64,000 nucleotides of DNA from Kiritimatiellia bacterium (GTDB taxonomy: Bacteria > Verrucomicrobiota > Kiritimatiellia > RFP12 > UBA1067). Where the stretch lies: positions 320,001 to 384,000 of the forward strand of contig JBMNFY010000010.1 of assembly GCA_050949565.1 (NCBI GenBank). The letters are read 5' to 3'. The notes below the pieces were generated by a model. The model did no database searches. It saw nothing but the letters and a program-made list of their open reading frames with translations, and was not told the origin of the DNA. Every line of letters begins with the position of its first letter. Within the stretch, counting starts at the first letter, position 1. Below, piece by piece: positions 1 to 8,829 of this stretch. Position numbers and translations under genes: made by a program.

Positions 1-2
1 CG

Positions 3-545
3 AGTCATGAAGATGCGAAACGTCGTTTTGCGGTGCTCAAGGACCTGGCCTTCTCGGAAAGCCAGGCGGAATTCATCGACTCGTTGCGCCAGCAGGCGGA
101 GTCAGGGATGAAGCTCACCGGGCGGCAGCTCGCGGCGATCGACCGCATCATTGTGCAGAACGCGGCGCAGATCGAGGATTTTGACAAGGTCAAGGATGAG
201 TTGGGGTTGATCGTCGGTGAAGATGAGTTGCAACCGGACACTGAAAGCCCGCTGCTGTTGGAGATGTTGCGTCATGTCACCACTTGGCAGGAGCCTGTGA
301 CGCGCGGCAAGAGGACGTTTGACGACCATGTCTTTTTTACCAGTCTTGAAGAACAGTACGGGCGCAAGAAATCACTCTCGCCCCGCCAACGTTATGCCAT
401 GAAGCGCATGGTCTTCCGTTACAAGAATCAGATTCCTGAGTTCGAAAAGTGGGCTGAAAAGCTGGGCCTGAGCAAATCAGGCAAAGGTAAGGGAGAAAAG
501 GGCAGCAAGAGCAGCAAGGGCGGTAAGCGCACTGCGAAAGCATGA
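3..545 (+). CDS. 3' end of a gene running in from the left edge; probably the DNA topoisomerase I C-terminal region
   Basis: Frame open from base 3 to the stop at 545. Two copies of an 'F..SL..Q....LS/T.RQ..A' motif and a Lys-rich basic tail. topA identity is inferred only from the common topA-xerC gene order. Confidence 0.5.
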   Translation, partial: SHEDAKRRFAVLKDLAFSESQAEFIDSLRQQAESGMKLTGRQLAAIDRIIVQNAAQIEDFDKVKDELGLIVGEDELQPDTESPLLLEMLRHVTTWQEPVTRGKRTFDDHVFFTSLEEQYGRKKSLSPRQRYAMKRMVFRYKNQIPEFEKWAEKLGLSKSGKGKGEKGSKSSKGGKRTAKA

Positions 546-584
546 TCGGTTGGTGGCAGGGGGCGAAGATCGTGCGTTTCTGGA

Positions 585-797
585 GAAAAGGAGAGCAGAG
601 AGTCGGGAGCGCGGGCGTCCTCGCCCGCAACAACGTGCCTTGCAAAAGATTGATGCGCTCACTTCCTTTGGAAACCAAACCGCGCATCGGAATCTCGATC
701 AGCCTTTCACAGAGCGGGCGGGGACGCCCGCGCTCCCGATTGCGCATACACGAACCACGCACTAAACTCGCATGCCCTCTGTCGCTAACCGATTACC
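585..797. repeat. REP-like doublet element: inverted pair GTCGGGAGCGCGGGCGTCCtCGCCCGC / GCGGGCGGGGACGCCCGCGCTCCCGA
   Basis: Arms at ~602-628 and ~714-739 are near reverse complements. Both arms and their flanks recur at 43325-43397 and 43744-43825; the left arm recurs at 2968-3021. Confidence 0.85.
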
Positions 798-956
798 ATT
801 AGTGCATGAGTTCAGGATAGCCGCAGGTCGCGGGTCGAACGTCGCGGGTCAACCTCTCTTGTTGCGACCACGCAGTGGCTCGCAACTGTGAGAGTAAAAG
901 CAGGGCTCGGTTTTTTAACCGCGAATTGCGCGAATTATGCGAAAAGGGTTTTCGCT

Positions 957-1994
957 ATGGATTCCGAAGATTATGTGGATCTAGAGGTCCGGATGGGCGA
1001 CGGGCCGCCGGAGCCGCTGCCGAACCGCTCCGATGCGGCGGACGATGCGGATGTCGTGCGTTTCGTCACCTTTCTGCGGGCCGAGCGCAATGCATCGGAC
1101 CACACGGTGGCCGGTTATGTGCAGGACATCGGGCAGTTTGCGGCGTTTGTGTGGCCGGATGCCGGCGTGAAACCGCCGTTTGCCTGGGGCAAACCAACGC
1201 GTGACCGTGCGCGTGACTTTCTGGTGGCTTTTCATCGCGCTGGTTGGGCACCGTCGACTACGCGCCGCAAACTCTCCTCGCTGCGTACCTTCTATCGCTT
1301 TCTGGAGCGCGAGGAGATCGTGCCGACCAATCCGTTCGCCGGTCTGCGCGGGCCGCGGCTGGGACGCCGTTTGCCGTCGGTGCTGGGGGTCAAGGAGGTG
1401 GAGGCGTTGCTGGCGGCACCGCTGGCCGCGCTGGAGGCGACGCGTGCGCGACACGGTGCCGTAACGCCCGCCGCCGAGTATGCGGCACTGCGTGACGCCG
1501 CCATCTTTGAAACGCTCTACAGCACTGGCTGCCGCATCAGCGAGATTGCCGCGCTGCGCTGGGGCGACATCCGGTTTGATCAGGGCACAACGATTGTTGA
1601 GGGCAAGGGGCGTAAGCAGCGGCTTTGCGTGCTGGGCGGTCCGGCCTGCCGCGCACTGCAAGCGTTGCGGGAACAGGCGGGGTTGTTGTGGTCTGGGGCA
1701 GACGCCGACAACGCGCCTCTGTTTCTCAACGCCAGAGGTGGCGCACTCACGCCGCGTTCGATCGAACGCCAGATGAAGAAATGGCTTACGGCCGCGGCGC
1801 TGCCCCCGGACATTACGCCCCATCAGTTGCGTCACAGTTTTGCCACGCATCTGCTGGACGCGGGCGCTGATTTACGCAGCGTCCAGGAGATGCTCGGCCA
1901 CACCAGCCTGTCGACCACGCAGATCTACACGCATGTCTCGATCGAGCGCCTCAAGGACGAATACGGCAAGGCGCATCCGCGTGCCCGCGCGTAG
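957..1994 (+). CDS. xerC: Tyrosine recombinase XerC/XerD family
   Basis: SAM-like N-domain (ASDHTVAGYVQD, STTRRKLSSLRTFYRFL). Catalytic motifs LYSTGCRISE, GKGRKQR, HQLRHSFATHLL, LGHTSLSTTQIYTH. ATG 957 chosen as start. Confidence 0.9.
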   Translation: MDSEDYVDLEVRMGDGPPEPLPNRSDAADDADVVRFVTFLRAERNASDHTVAGYVQDIGQFAAFVWPDAGVKPPFAWGKPTRDRARDFLVAFHRAGWAPSTTRRKLSSLRTFYRFLEREEIVPTNPFAGLRGPRLGRRLPSVLGVKEVEALLAAPLAALEATRARHGAVTPAAEYAALRDAAIFETLYSTGCRISEIAALRWGDIRFDQGTTIVEGKGRKQRLCVLGGPACRALQALREQAGLLWSGADADNAPLFLNARGGALTPRSIERQMKKWLTAAALPPDITPHQLRHSFATHLLDAGADLRSVQEMLGHTSLSTTQIYTHVSIERLKDEYGKAHPRARA

Positions 1995-2110
1995 AGGAGT
2001 TAGCAGTTAGGATTGAGGATTTAGGAGTTGAACCACGGAGGCACGGAGGTTTTTTGGAGCGTTGTTTTGATCCGTCCAATCCGTCTGATCGGCCCGATCC
2101 GTCTGGTCCT
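1995..2110. repeat. Stacked short tandem repeats (TTAGGAG-like 7-mers, CACGGAGG 8-mers, ATCCGTCTG-like 9-mers)
   Basis: Directly visible between the convergent xerC and 2162..3052 genes. Confidence 0.75.
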
Positions 2111-2161
2111 CCTTACAGCCTCACTGCCTTACTGCCTATCGCGGGCTTTGCCCGCGGATGG

Positions 2162-3052
2162 TCACAACTCTAGGAAGCAGAGCATGCCGTATGCGGTCTC
2201 GGCAAGTTGGGCATCGGCCGTATCCGCCTCCCAATAGCCGCCGCCGTCTGGGGCGCTCTTCTGAGTAGAGATCAGCCAAGAGGCCACATGCGAGCGCCAA
2301 TCGAGGACGATCTGGCCGCGCATCAAACGGCCCCCCGCCGTACGATTGATCAGGCGTGCCAGCCGCCACGCAGCCCGTGAGCGGTTGAACGGGGGCGGCC
2401 AGATGGCGGCGGCGCGGGCCACCAGTTCAGTTGAATCGGCATCCGGCGCGGGCGGTTCGCCGAGTCCGGCTTGCGCCAGAACCTCCTGCCAGAACCGCCG
2501 GTCGTCGGCGGATGCGTCGTCGATGGACGGCGCGCGCCGGGCCAGGTCTCGCAGATAGGTGCTGCGCTCAGGTGTTTCGGGCAGCGAGAGCGTCAGCGCC
2601 AGCAACCGCCAGGCGTGTGCGCTGAGTGACGACAGGTGATTGGTAGCGGACTGGCCTAGCCAAAGGGCGGCCAGAGAACGTGATGCGTGATCATCGGGGT
2701 GCGGGGATGCCGCGAGCGCGGTCAACGCGAGCGCGGTCAGCTCGACACGCTGCGTGGTCCCCCATGATCCATCGGGGGTTTGCTGATTGCAGAGCCAGCG
2801 CGCCGCTTGACGCATCGCGCGGCCTGCCTCGTTGCCTAATGAGATGTCGAGGGACGAGCCAGGCTGACGCAACGGCGCTACAGCGAAATTGGCGTGCGCT
2901 AAACTGTCCCCGCACAACAACGCCGCAAGAACAACGACAGGCAGTGCGAGTGGCATGCGTTTCTGGTGAAAAGGGGAGCAAGAAGTCGGGAGCGCGGGCG
3001 TCCCTGCCCGCAACAGCGTGTCAGGTAAAAGCATCGACAGTGAACGGTGCAT
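2162..3052 (-). CDS. Exported protein with prenyltransferase/squalene-cyclase (QW-type) repeat
   Basis: AARWLCNQQTPDGSWG motif and a related WLISTQ...GGYW. Hydrophobic signal segment LALPVVVLAALL. AAGGAGG SD before ATG 3052; alternative start 2956. Confidence 0.6.
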   Translation of the reverse strand: MHRSLSMLLPDTLLRAGTPALPTSCSPFHQKRMPLALPVVVLAALLCGDSLAHANFAVAPLRQPGSSLDISLGNEAGRAMRQAARWLCNQQTPDGSWGTTQRVELTALALTALAASPHPDDHASRSLAALWLGQSATNHLSSLSAHAWRLLALTLSLPETPERSTYLRDLARRAPSIDDASADDRRFWQEVLAQAGLGEPPAPDADSTELVARAAAIWPPPFNRSRAAWRLARLINRTAGGRLMRGQIVLDWRSHVASWLISTQKSAPDGGGYWEADTADAQLAETAYGMLCFLEL

Positions 3053-3153
3053 CCGGTATCCTCCTTGGTTCATCGAAAAGAGTAGCGAATGTCGGTGCCA
3101 AAGGAAAGCCCGCGTCAGGAATGAGTGAGAAATTAGGATCTAGGAGTTAGGAG

Positions 3154-4197
3154 TTGAAATCAGAAGCCGGAAATCGGGAGCCTGAAACCCGAAACCCGAA
3201 ACCCGAAACCCGAGAGAAGCGCGGACGCGGCCTCAGTCTGTTGTCCGGTGGATTGGACAGCAGGCTTGCGGTGTGCGTGCTGCGCGAGCAGGGAATCGAC
3301 GTGGAAGGGGTGGTCTTCACCAGCCCCTTCTTCAAAATGGAGGAGACGGCGCGTGAAGCGGCGCGTCAGTTGAACGTGCCGCTTCATGTAGTGGATTTCA
3401 CGCGCGACATCCTCGATCTGGTGGATCATCCGCCGCATGGTTTTGGTGCTGCGCTCAATCCGTGCATCGATTGCCGTGCGCGCATGATCCAGCGCGCGGG
3501 CGAAATGATGGCACAGGGGGGCTTCGATTTCGTGGCGACGGGCGAGGTGCTGGGCCAGCGGCCGATGTCGCAGAACCGGCACTCTCTGGCGATCACGGAG
3601 CGGGATGCCGCGTTGGGCGGAAGGTTGCTCCGCCCCTTGAGTGCCTTACTGCTGGAGCCCACCGTCCCCGAACAGGAGGGCATTGTTGACCGTAGCCGGT
3701 TGCTGGGACTGAGCGGGCGGTCGCGCAAACCGCAGCGGGAATTGGCACAGTGCTATGGATTGACCCGCTACCCGGCACCGGCTGGCGGTTGCCTGCTGAC
3801 CGAAAAAGGGTTTTGCCGTAAGCTGTCGGATTTGCACACCAACGAGGGGCTTGGTGATGAGCGATTGGTCTGGCTGCTGTTACGCGGGCGTCACTTCCGA
3901 CTCCCGGGGGGCGCCAAGTGTGTGGTAGGCCGCGATGCGGCGGACAACGCTGCGCTCAAATCTCTGCGCGTGGTGTCGGACGTGCTACTGCACGCGGTAG
4001 ATGTTCCCGGCCCCACGGTTCTGTTACCCGGCGGGGCGGATGACGGGGATGTCTCTCTAGCGGCCCGTATTTGTGCCGCATACGCTGATCACGGCACGCG
4101 CGAAAGTGTCACGATCAGAATCGTCAGGAGCGATGCAGCCGAAGAGCGCCGTGTCGCTCCATTGGCCAGAGAACAGGCGCAAGCGTGGATGTTGTAG
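3154..4197 (+). CDS. tRNA thiouridylase-like PP-loop protein (ThiI/MnmA-related) with C-terminal NFACT-R/DUF814-like domain
   Basis: SGGLDS PP-loop, NPCIDCR, TGEVLGQRPMSQ, PAGGCLLT, GRHFRL. Start uncertain because of a repeat insertion (see findings). Confidence 0.8.
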   Translation: MKSEAGNREPETRNPKPETREKRGRGLSLLSGGLDSRLAVCVLREQGIDVEGVVFTSPFFKMEETAREAARQLNVPLHVVDFTRDILDLVDHPPHGFGAALNPCIDCRARMIQRAGEMMAQGGFDFVATGEVLGQRPMSQNRHSLAITERDAALGGRLLRPLSALLLEPTVPEQEGIVDRSRLLGLSGRSRKPQRELAQCYGLTRYPAPAGGCLLTEKGFCRKLSDLHTNEGLGDERLVWLLLRGRHFRLPGGAKCVVGRDAADNAALKSLRVVSDVLLHAVDVPGPTVLLPGGADDGDVSLAARICAAYADHGTRESVTIRIVRSDAAEERRVAPLAREQAQAWML

Positions 4198-4206
4198 ACG
4201 GTGACC

Positions 4207-4704
4207 TCAGCCGCCCGCGCCGGTAGCACCACCGCCGACAAACAACTGCACCAAGAGGTAGGCAATCACCAGCACCAGCACGACGATCACTGCTACCCAG
4301 AGCTTGTTGCTGTTGGTTTTTTTGCCGAACTCTTTCGGCGTTTCGAGGGTGCGTTTCGGCTGAATGATAATGGTCGTTCGCGGTACGGCAGCGGACTCTT
4401 TCTCCGACTGCGGCACGTCATCGCCCTCGATCATCATCGGCACTTCACCCAGTAGGATAATGTCGTTGCGGGAGAGCGCTTTTTCCTTGATCGTGACGTT
4501 GTTGACCTTTGTTCCATTCGTGGATCCTAAGTCGCGGATCAAGAATCCGTCATCACTCTTCTCGATCTCACAATGCGTGCCTGAAATCGAGCCGTCTTGA
4601 ACTACCCAGTCATTCCCTTCACGGCGCCCGATACGCGTCAACGGCAGAGTCAACGTGAAGCGCTGCCCCTTCAGAGAACCATCCAAAACTGTCAAACATG
4701 CCAT
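4207..4704 (-). CDS. FHA-domain membrane protein
   Basis: FHA motifs IGR, ISGTHC, DLGSTNGTKVN. C-terminal transmembrane helix. Confidence 0.9.
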   Translation of the reverse strand: MACLTVLDGSLKGQRFTLTLPLTRIGRREGNDWVVQDGSISGTHCEIEKSDDGFLIRDLGSTNGTKVNNVTIKEKALSRNDIILLGEVPMMIEGDDVPQSEKESAAVPRTTIIIQPKRTLETPKEFGKKTNSNKLWVAVIVVLVLVIAYLLVQLFVGGGATGAGG

Positions 4705-4738
4705 AGCAAAACACCTTACTAGTGAGATAAGATATGCA

Positions 4739-4767
4739 AGTTTAGACGCCTCTGACGCACAAGTCAA
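4739..4767 (-). promoter_or_regulatory. Putative sigma70 promoter of the FHA gene
   Basis: TTGACT-17 nt-TAAACT on the minus strand, 35 nt upstream of ATG 4704. Confidence 0.55.
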
Positions 4768-4793
4768 GGGTACGATTCAGTTTATTGCGAATC

Positions 4794-6250
4794 CGCGGTA
4801 TGTCATAGTCATGGACACCGTAGCCAAAATCGCGGTGTCCGGAAATCAAGCGCATCCGTCAAATACTGGACACCGTGCTAGAATCGGCTCGCATGAGAAA
4901 CGAGATGTCACGGAAAGCCACGATGGAATACGTCGGCGCGAAGCGTCGCGCCTATTCAAAACTGAAGAGCAAGAAGGCCAAGAGTGCCGCGATCGACGAC
5001 TTCTGCCAGGTCACGGGGGCCGAGCGCAAATACGCCATCCGGCTGCTGACCGGCAACCGGAAGTACCGCGATCACGCCGGGCGCGGGAAGACGTACACGC
5101 CCGGGGCGGAAGCCCTGTTCCTGCGTCTCTGGCGCGCCTCGGGACGCATGACGCCCCGGTACCTTGTGACCGTGGCGGACCGCCAGATGGCCGCGCTGCG
5201 CGAGCTCGAGCATGTCGACGAGGCGGCCGCGGCGCAGGTTCTGCGCATGAGCGCGTCGACGATGGAGCGCATCCTCCGCAAGCACCCGCGCGAGGCCCCG
5301 CGCCGCCGCAACCGCCGCAGCGGGGCGAACGCGCTGGCGTCGAGCGTCCCCTGCGTCCCGGGCGAGGCGCTGCCGCCCGCCGCCCCCGGCGACACGCAGG
5401 TCGACACGGTCGCGCTCTGCGGGGGCGACATGAGCGGCAACTTCTTCTGGATCCTCACGCTCACGGACCGCCTGACGCAGTGGACGGAGCTGCGCTGCGT
5501 CTGGAACCGCGGCGCGGCCGCGACCAAGGAAGGCCTCGCCGACGCCGAGGCCGCGTTCCCGTTCCCGCTCACGGCCATGCACTCGGACAGCGGGCTGGAG
5601 TTCCTCAACGCCCACGTGCTCGGCTACGCGCGGGACCGCCCCCGCCCCCTCGCCTTCACCCGTTCCCGCCCCGGGAACAAGAACGACAACGCCCGCGTGG
5701 AGCAGAAGAACGCCTCCGTCGTCCGCGAGTATTTCGGCTACGAGCGCATCGACCGCATCGAGCTCAAGAAGGACATGGACGTCCTGTGCGCGAAGATATC
5801 GCTGTACAACAACCTCTTCCGCCCCTGCAAGCGGCTCATCTCCAAAACCAAAAGGCCGGACTCGCACGGCTTCTCCAAGCGTTACGACAAGCCCGCCACG
5901 CCCCTCGACAGGGTGATTGCGTCGGGATACGCGGACCCCGCCGTGATCCGGCGTCTTACCGCGCTCCGCGAAAAGATCAATCCGATCCGCCTCCTTGAGG
6001 ACATCCGCCGCCGGCACGCGCTGATCCTGCGCAAGCAGAACAAGCTCGCCAGGCGCGAGGCGCAAGGGATGACCACCCCGGGTTCCGCGCCCTGTCCCGC
6101 CGGAATACCGGCGGGACAGGGCGCGGAACCCGGCCACCCTTCACGTCATTGACCAGCCCCTCGTCCCTTGACCCCCTCGGTGTCCAGTATTTGACGGATC
6201 GTCACCGCCTCAAAAAAACCTACGGTGTCTTTTCTATTTGACGGACCGCG
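4794..6250 (+). mobile_element. Insertion sequence (1457 bp), family not assigned
   Basis: Ends CGCGGT.../...ACCGCG flanked by a direct repeat AATC (4790-4793, 6251-6254). Perfect 22-bp subterminal inverted repeat at 4854-4875 / 6178-6199. Single transposase ORF with very high GC3. Confidence 0.85.
4893..6152 (+). CDS. DDE (integrase core, rve-like) transposase
   Basis: QVDTVALCG, HSDSGLEFLN and NDNARVEQKN give a D-D-E triad. N-terminal helical IDDFCQVTGAERKYAIRLL. Confidence 0.9.
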   Translation: MRNEMSRKATMEYVGAKRRAYSKLKSKKAKSAAIDDFCQVTGAERKYAIRLLTGNRKYRDHAGRGKTYTPGAEALFLRLWRASGRMTPRYLVTVADRQMAALRELEHVDEAAAAQVLRMSASTMERILRKHPREAPRRRNRRSGANALASSVPCVPGEALPPAAPGDTQVDTVALCGGDMSGNFFWILTLTDRLTQWTELRCVWNRGAAATKEGLADAEAAFPFPLTAMHSDSGLEFLNAHVLGYARDRPRPLAFTRSRPGNKNDNARVEQKNASVVREYFGYERIDRIELKKDMDVLCAKISLYNNLFRPCKRLISKTKRPDSHGFSKRYDKPATPLDRVIASGYADPAVIRRLTALREKINPIRLLEDIRRRHALILRKQNKLARREAQGMTTPGSAPCPAGIPAGQGAEPGHPSRH

Positions 6251-6269
6251 AATCATGCCCTGGAAAACT

Positions 6270-7199
6270 TCAGTAGGAACCGGCATATCCCATTTGCCGC
6301 AGTAACCAGAAGTTTTTCATCCAGTCCTTCTCGATCTTAACCCAAAGTTCGAGCGTGACTTTCACGCCGAACATATCCGAAAGCTCTGGCTCCGCACATT
6401 GCCGGACATACTTGAGATTCCGGCCCTTGGTACCGATCACGATCCCTTTCTGGGACGGGCGTGCCACATAAAGTGTCACGGACGCGTGCCAGGCTCCGGG
6501 CGTTTCCTCAATCTGCTCGACCTTGACGCCCAATTCGTGCGGCAGTTCCTCATGGAGCCGGACGAGAAGTTTTTCGCGGACCACATCGGCGATGGCCAAT
6601 TTGCGCGGGTAGTCGGTCACCACATCTTCCGGAAACAGATAATCGTCCGCAGGTTGGGCCAGGGCATACAATTGATCCACGAGTCCGACCGTGCCGGCGA
6701 GATGCAACGCAGAGGTCGTTATCCAAAACACCTCGCGCGTATGCTGCTTTTCGGTTTGGACGGTCTGCCACAGGTTATGGAAGGTCTCCTCGTAGAACGG
6801 CTCTCGGTCATTCTTATTCAATGCAAAGATAACCGGCTGTTCGGCAAACAGGGCGCGCCGCATCCAGCCGTCATCCTCCAGATGCGGTTGACAGCTGCCG
6901 TCGAAGACGATGAGCAGAAGATCGACGCCCGCCGAGGCCTGCCGTGCCATGCGGTTCATTAGAGTACCCAGCGTGCTTTGGGATTTATGCAGGCCCGGGG
7001 TGTCCAGAAAAACAAGCTGCCCGCGATCCTCCGTCAGGATGCCGCGGATGGTGTTGCGCGTGGTCTGCACCACGGGGCTGACGATGCTGATCTTTTCGCC
7101 GACCATGCGGTTGATCAGCGTCGACTTGCCAGAGTTGGTCCGGCCGACGACACCGACTACGGCGCAACGCCGTCGCGGACGGTTAGGGCTCGCAGTCAT
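6270..7199 (-). CDS. era: GTPase Era
   Basis: GRTNSGKST, QTTR, DTPG, NKND and KH-domain motif SQKGIVIG. Start overlaps the pfk stop (ATGA). Confidence 0.95.
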   Translation of the reverse strand: MTASPNRPRRRCAVVGVVGRTNSGKSTLINRMVGEKISIVSPVVQTTRNTIRGILTEDRGQLVFLDTPGLHKSQSTLGTLMNRMARQASAGVDLLLIVFDGSCQPHLEDDGWMRRALFAEQPVIFALNKNDREPFYEETFHNLWQTVQTEKQHTREVFWITTSALHLAGTVGLVDQLYALAQPADDYLFPEDVVTDYPRKLAIADVVREKLLVRLHEELPHELGVKVEQIEETPGAWHASVTLYVARPSQKGIVIGTKGRNLKYVRQCAEPELSDMFGVKVTLELWVKIEKDWMKNFWLLRQMGYAGSY

Positions 7200-8566
7200 G
7201 GTATGGTCTCGCCGTTGCGCCCCGAATTGCCGCTCTCTCTGCCGAAGTAACGCAACTGACCGGTGGCGTCCATTACGGCGCGCCAAAGGTCGCTGTTGAG
7301 ATTCACCTTCTGGCGTTCCATGGTGGATAACCGGATGGGAACAAGCGTATACCAGTCATCTTGGTTGCCTACCACGCAGTCGGTGCGCCCCGCCATCGCG
7401 GCATGCACGGCGTTGCGTGCCAACATATAGCAGCGGATTGCATCCGTTCCTTTGGCCGGTACGCTGCGGATGGTGTAACTCGGGTCGAAGTATTTGACCG
7501 ACACCTCGCGATTACATGCTTTGAAGTGTTGCGTGATGCGCAGTCTCAGGTGCTCGCCGATATCCTTTTTCAGGATGTTGCCCGAGGGGTCCCGGCGCTC
7601 CGGCTCGGCTGCAACGTGGCGTTGCCCCGCGCCTTCCGCAACCACGATCACCGCATGGTCCTTGCCCAGATCGAAACGATTGGAGAGCGCCGTGAGCAGG
7701 CCGCTCGGGCCATCGATCTCGAAATCCAGTTCCGGCACCAGGCAGAAGTTCACGACTGGGTTGGCCAGCGTGGCGTAAGCCGCGATGAAGCCTGAGTCCC
7801 GGCCCATCAGGCGCACGAGCCCGATACCGTTGAAGGTACCTTTCGCCTCAGTGTGAGCCGCCTGAATGATCTGCGTCGCCTCGCCAACCGCCGTCTCAAA
7901 GCCGAAACTTCGCCCTACGAAAAGCAGGTCGTTGTCAATCGTCTTAGGAATACCGATCACGCTGATGGAGAGCTTACGACGGCGGCACTCCTCAGAAATA
8001 TCGTGTGCGCACCGCAGTGAGCCGTCGCCGCCGATACAGAACAGGATATTGATGTTCATGCGCGCCAGGGTGTCTACGATCTCGCCCGTGTCCTGCTGGC
8101 CGCGCGAAGAGCCAAGCATCGTGCCGCCCTGCTCGTGGATCGTATCGACCGTATCGGTGTCCAGCATGACCGGGTTGTAGCCGAAGCGCGGAATCAATCC
8201 GGCGTAACCATAGCGGATGCCGTAGATCGTCTTGATGCCGTAATCAAACGTCAGGATCTCGACCAATCCTTTGATGACATGGTTCAATCCCGGGCAGAGG
8301 CCGCCGGCCGTCACGATGCCGACGCGGCTCCAGGAAGGGTCGTGAAAAATTTTCCGATGCGGACCTGCCCGCTCGAAGGAGGGCGTGACCCCGAGATGCC
8401 GGGTGGCATCATGTAAGTGTTTGATGTTCTCGGTGATCAGGATTCGTTCGGCGGGATCGATGAACTCCCTTCTTCGGATCGGGGAGTCGATCTTGCACTC
8501 ACCCAAGGTTCCTACATCCAGCGAGTAGTCCTGAGGGTTAGCGACAATTTTTTCAATCAGCGTCAT
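7196..8566 (-). CDS. pfkA: ATP-dependent 6-phosphofructokinase (long, group X type)
   Basis: GGLCPGLN, GGTMLGSSRG, IGGDGS, GIPKTIDND, LMGRDSG, DPSYTIRS. Confidence 0.92.
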   Translation of the reverse strand: MTLIEKIVANPQDYSLDVGTLGECKIDSPIRRREFIDPAERILITENIKHLHDATRHLGVTPSFERAGPHRKIFHDPSWSRVGIVTAGGLCPGLNHVIKGLVEILTFDYGIKTIYGIRYGYAGLIPRFGYNPVMLDTDTVDTIHEQGGTMLGSSRGQQDTGEIVDTLARMNINILFCIGGDGSLRCAHDISEECRRRKLSISVIGIPKTIDNDLLFVGRSFGFETAVGEATQIIQAAHTEAKGTFNGIGLVRLMGRDSGFIAAYATLANPVVNFCLVPELDFEIDGPSGLLTALSNRFDLGKDHAVIVVAEGAGQRHVAAEPERRDPSGNILKKDIGEHLRLRITQHFKACNREVSVKYFDPSYTIRSVPAKGTDAIRCYMLARNAVHAAMAGRTDCVVGNQDDWYTLVPIRLSTMERQKVNLNSDLWRAVMDATGQLRYFGRESGNSGRNGETIP

Positions 8567-8595
8567 AAACTTCCTCGTGCCCGTAAAGAGTGGTC

Positions 8596-8654
8596 AGCAT
8601 AACAAAACTTCTGTGTGAAGGTCAATTGACACCGGCCGGAATATTTGGTTAACT
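8596..8654. promoter_or_regulatory. Back-to-back divergent sigma70 promoters (pfk-era leftward, tRNA-Lys rightward)
   Basis: Minus strand: TTGACC-18-TATGCT. Plus strand: TTGACA(8626)-17-TTAACT. The two -35 boxes abut (GGTCAA|TTGACA). Confidence 0.5.
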
Positions 8655-8675
8655 CAACACGATTTTCCGTCGTAT

Positions 8676-8751
8676 TGGACCATAGCTCAGTCGGTAGAGC
8701 ACGACACTTTTAATGTTGGGGTCGTGGGTTCGATTCCCACTGGTCCAACCA
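8676..8751 (+). tRNA. tRNA-Lys(UUU)
   Basis: Acceptor TGGACCA/TGGTCCA, D arm AGCTCAGTCGGTAGAGC, anticodon loop CTTTTAA, T loop GGTTCGATTCC, encoded CCA; 76 nt. Confidence 0.97.
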
Positions 8752-8768
8752 TTTTTGAGACACAGGGG

Positions 8769-8803
8769 AGCCGCCAAAATCAAAGGTTTTGGCGGCTTTT
8801 TTT
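8769..8803 (+). terminator. Rho-independent terminator after tRNA-Lys
   Basis: AGCCGCCAAAA...TTTTGGCGGCT stem followed by a T run. Confidence 0.85.
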
Positions 8804-8829
8804 GTTTCGTATCAAAAGGAGCAAACAAA

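Noticed and set aside
913-946. TTATGCGAAAA upstream of xerC resembles one arm of a dif site
   Set aside because: No XerD-type arm at the 6-bp spacing. The stretch fits the 9-mer AACCGCGAA repeat family better.
957-1994. Tyrosine recombinase as a prophage or island integrase
   Set aside because: Sequence and context are those of chromosomal XerC. No att repeats or phage genes.
4655-6137. Long alternative ORFs (447 aa plus strand, 393 aa minus strand) over the transposase
   Set aside because: Shadow frames caused by extreme GC3. No recognisable motifs.
8676-8751. tRNA-Lys as an integration site
   Set aside because: No duplicate of its 3' end and no adjacent integrase was seen in the window.
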